Part shown: positions 62,737-64,000 of the stretch, in pieces | Position numbering within the stretch: position 1 is the first letter of the stretch | Layout of the letters: the number at the start of each line of letters is the position of its first letter | From: Penicillus capitatus | Taxonomy: Eukaryota > Plantae > Chlorophyta | Assembly: GCA_965649825.1 (NCBI GenBank) | Contig: OZ287710.1 | Span: forward strand, 248,001 to 312,000 | DNA length: 64,000 bases | Direction of reading: 5' to 3' | Position numbers and translations under genes: made by a program | Notes under the pieces: model-generated | What the model was told of the DNA's origin: nothing | The model's database searches: none | What the model saw: only the letters and a program-made list of their open reading frames with translations

Positions 62737-63036
62737 ATGTTGGGTCAGTTCAACGCGAAACTTCGAACGGCGTTCATTCATGAACCTATCGTGATGTGGA
62801 GCTGTGCCATCTCTTTTGCAGGTCACATCCGAGCGCACGCGCCTCTCACTCTCGCGTTTCTATTCCAGGGCTGGTCATTGCCGTCGCCGCACCGTATCTT
62901 AAAGAATCTATGCAAGAAAAGAGACCCGTCCGCGTCATTCCTGCTCGAGAAGTGCGTTTCATCCCAACCCTATTCGATCCGGTCACTGAGACTGTGAGGC
63001 ATCTAGATGATTTCTAAACTAAAGGAAAGGAACTAA
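62737..63036 (+). CDS. Small single-TM protein, probable complex I subunit NDUFA3/B9-like
   Basis: AFIHEPIVMWSCAISFA|GLVIAVAAPYL resembles the 9.5-kDa/B9 subunit pattern; about 65 aa. Confidence 0.55.
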
Positions 63037-63078
63037 AATGGAGATCTTTAAGATAGCATCTCTTCCCCATCTTTCCAT

Positions 63079-63957
63079 CTATTCTTCAAAATCTCCGATC
63101 GTTGCTTTGATCGATGCGATGTCCAAGTAGAAATCGACAGCCTCTTTTGCATCGGCCGGAAGACTCATTGTAATCCCTGAACATAATCTCCTCCGCGGCG
63201 TCATGCGTTCTTACAAAAAGAGTGACATACCGAGAGACATGATCTTCGAGTGGTTCATTTGTGTGACTTCCGGAACGATTTTGCCTTTCCAGGTCAGAAC
63301 AAAGCCATTCAGAGGGATCCTCACATCATGCCATTCTTTCGTCCTGGACGTTGGAAGCTGAGGAGAAGCGACGTGCGATGTGACGTACCGGCAGGAGAAG
63401 AAGGATTGCCAGATGTCTTCGGATTCGCCACCCGTCACGAAATTGTAGACGCGGATGTTTGCCAAGAAAGGCATCGGTGTCCCGCGAATCCTCATGACCA
63501 GTTGACTAAACTCGGATAGATCCAGAAATTCTCCACTGTTCTAAAACGGCTTATCTCACACAAAAGGTCACACTTTGGAATGCGTAGACATGTGATCGGA
63601 TGCCACAGAATCCGCTGCGTTTGATCTTGGAGGCCTCGCGAATTTCGGTTGAGCAACGACCGGCGAATGTCACAAATCCCTCCTGTCTCCCTCGATCACG
63701 CTTCGCTTATCTGTTCGAGCAACGGACACAGACCTGAGGGTTGTGCGTGAGGTTGGTGACGGAGGCTCCGCCAAAGGAGGCGTCACTATAGGCGCTCAGA
63801 GATTCGAAGTCTTGCACTTTGGTGAAATCATAGAGCAGTCTCTCCGACTGGAATCGCATAGGATCCTTGACTGACACACATTCTGTGCAGTGACGGCACA
63901 AGTGGACTCACAGTTCTGAACGATGTTCTGCACTTCGCGTAGGACGCGTCGCCACAT
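63079..63957 (-). CDS. Complex I intermediate-associated protein CIA30/NDUFAF1-like
   Basis: RLLYDF...YSDASFGGAS; LMRIRG; WHDVRIPLNGFVLTWKG; IMSLG; DFYLDIASIKA. Confidence 0.85.
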
Positions 63958-64000
63958 CGAAAACAGACGTCACATCACGCACTATCTTTGATAAGTTTGC

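Overview
Eukaryotic nuclear DNA from a very compact chlorophyte green alga. Evidence: Chlamydomonas-type PSBQ and phototropin sequences, about 50% GC, and about 37 genes in 64 kb with many short introns (mostly 45-65 nt). The genetic code is standard. I saw no rRNA, tRNA, CRISPR array or transposon. Most genes are housekeeping, organellar or trafficking genes. Gene models were spliced by eye, so starts and some exon borders are approximate. Main unexplained features: (1) a WOX-like homeodomain fused to a plant-type SIS sugar-phosphate domain, 140 nt upstream of phototropin; (2) three tandem paralogous secreted proteins of unrecognised family at 50.3-54.0 kb, sharing intron positions, a helical core and a C-terminal C-x2-C-[FWY]-x3-F-C-x6-C module, preceded in two copies by RRRL/RSLL candidate protease sites; (3) a recurrent GATGTGAC element; (4) about 7 candidate GC-AG introns; (5) extreme gene packing, with overlapping stop codons, starts 29-51 nt apart and same-strand gaps of 14-81 nt.
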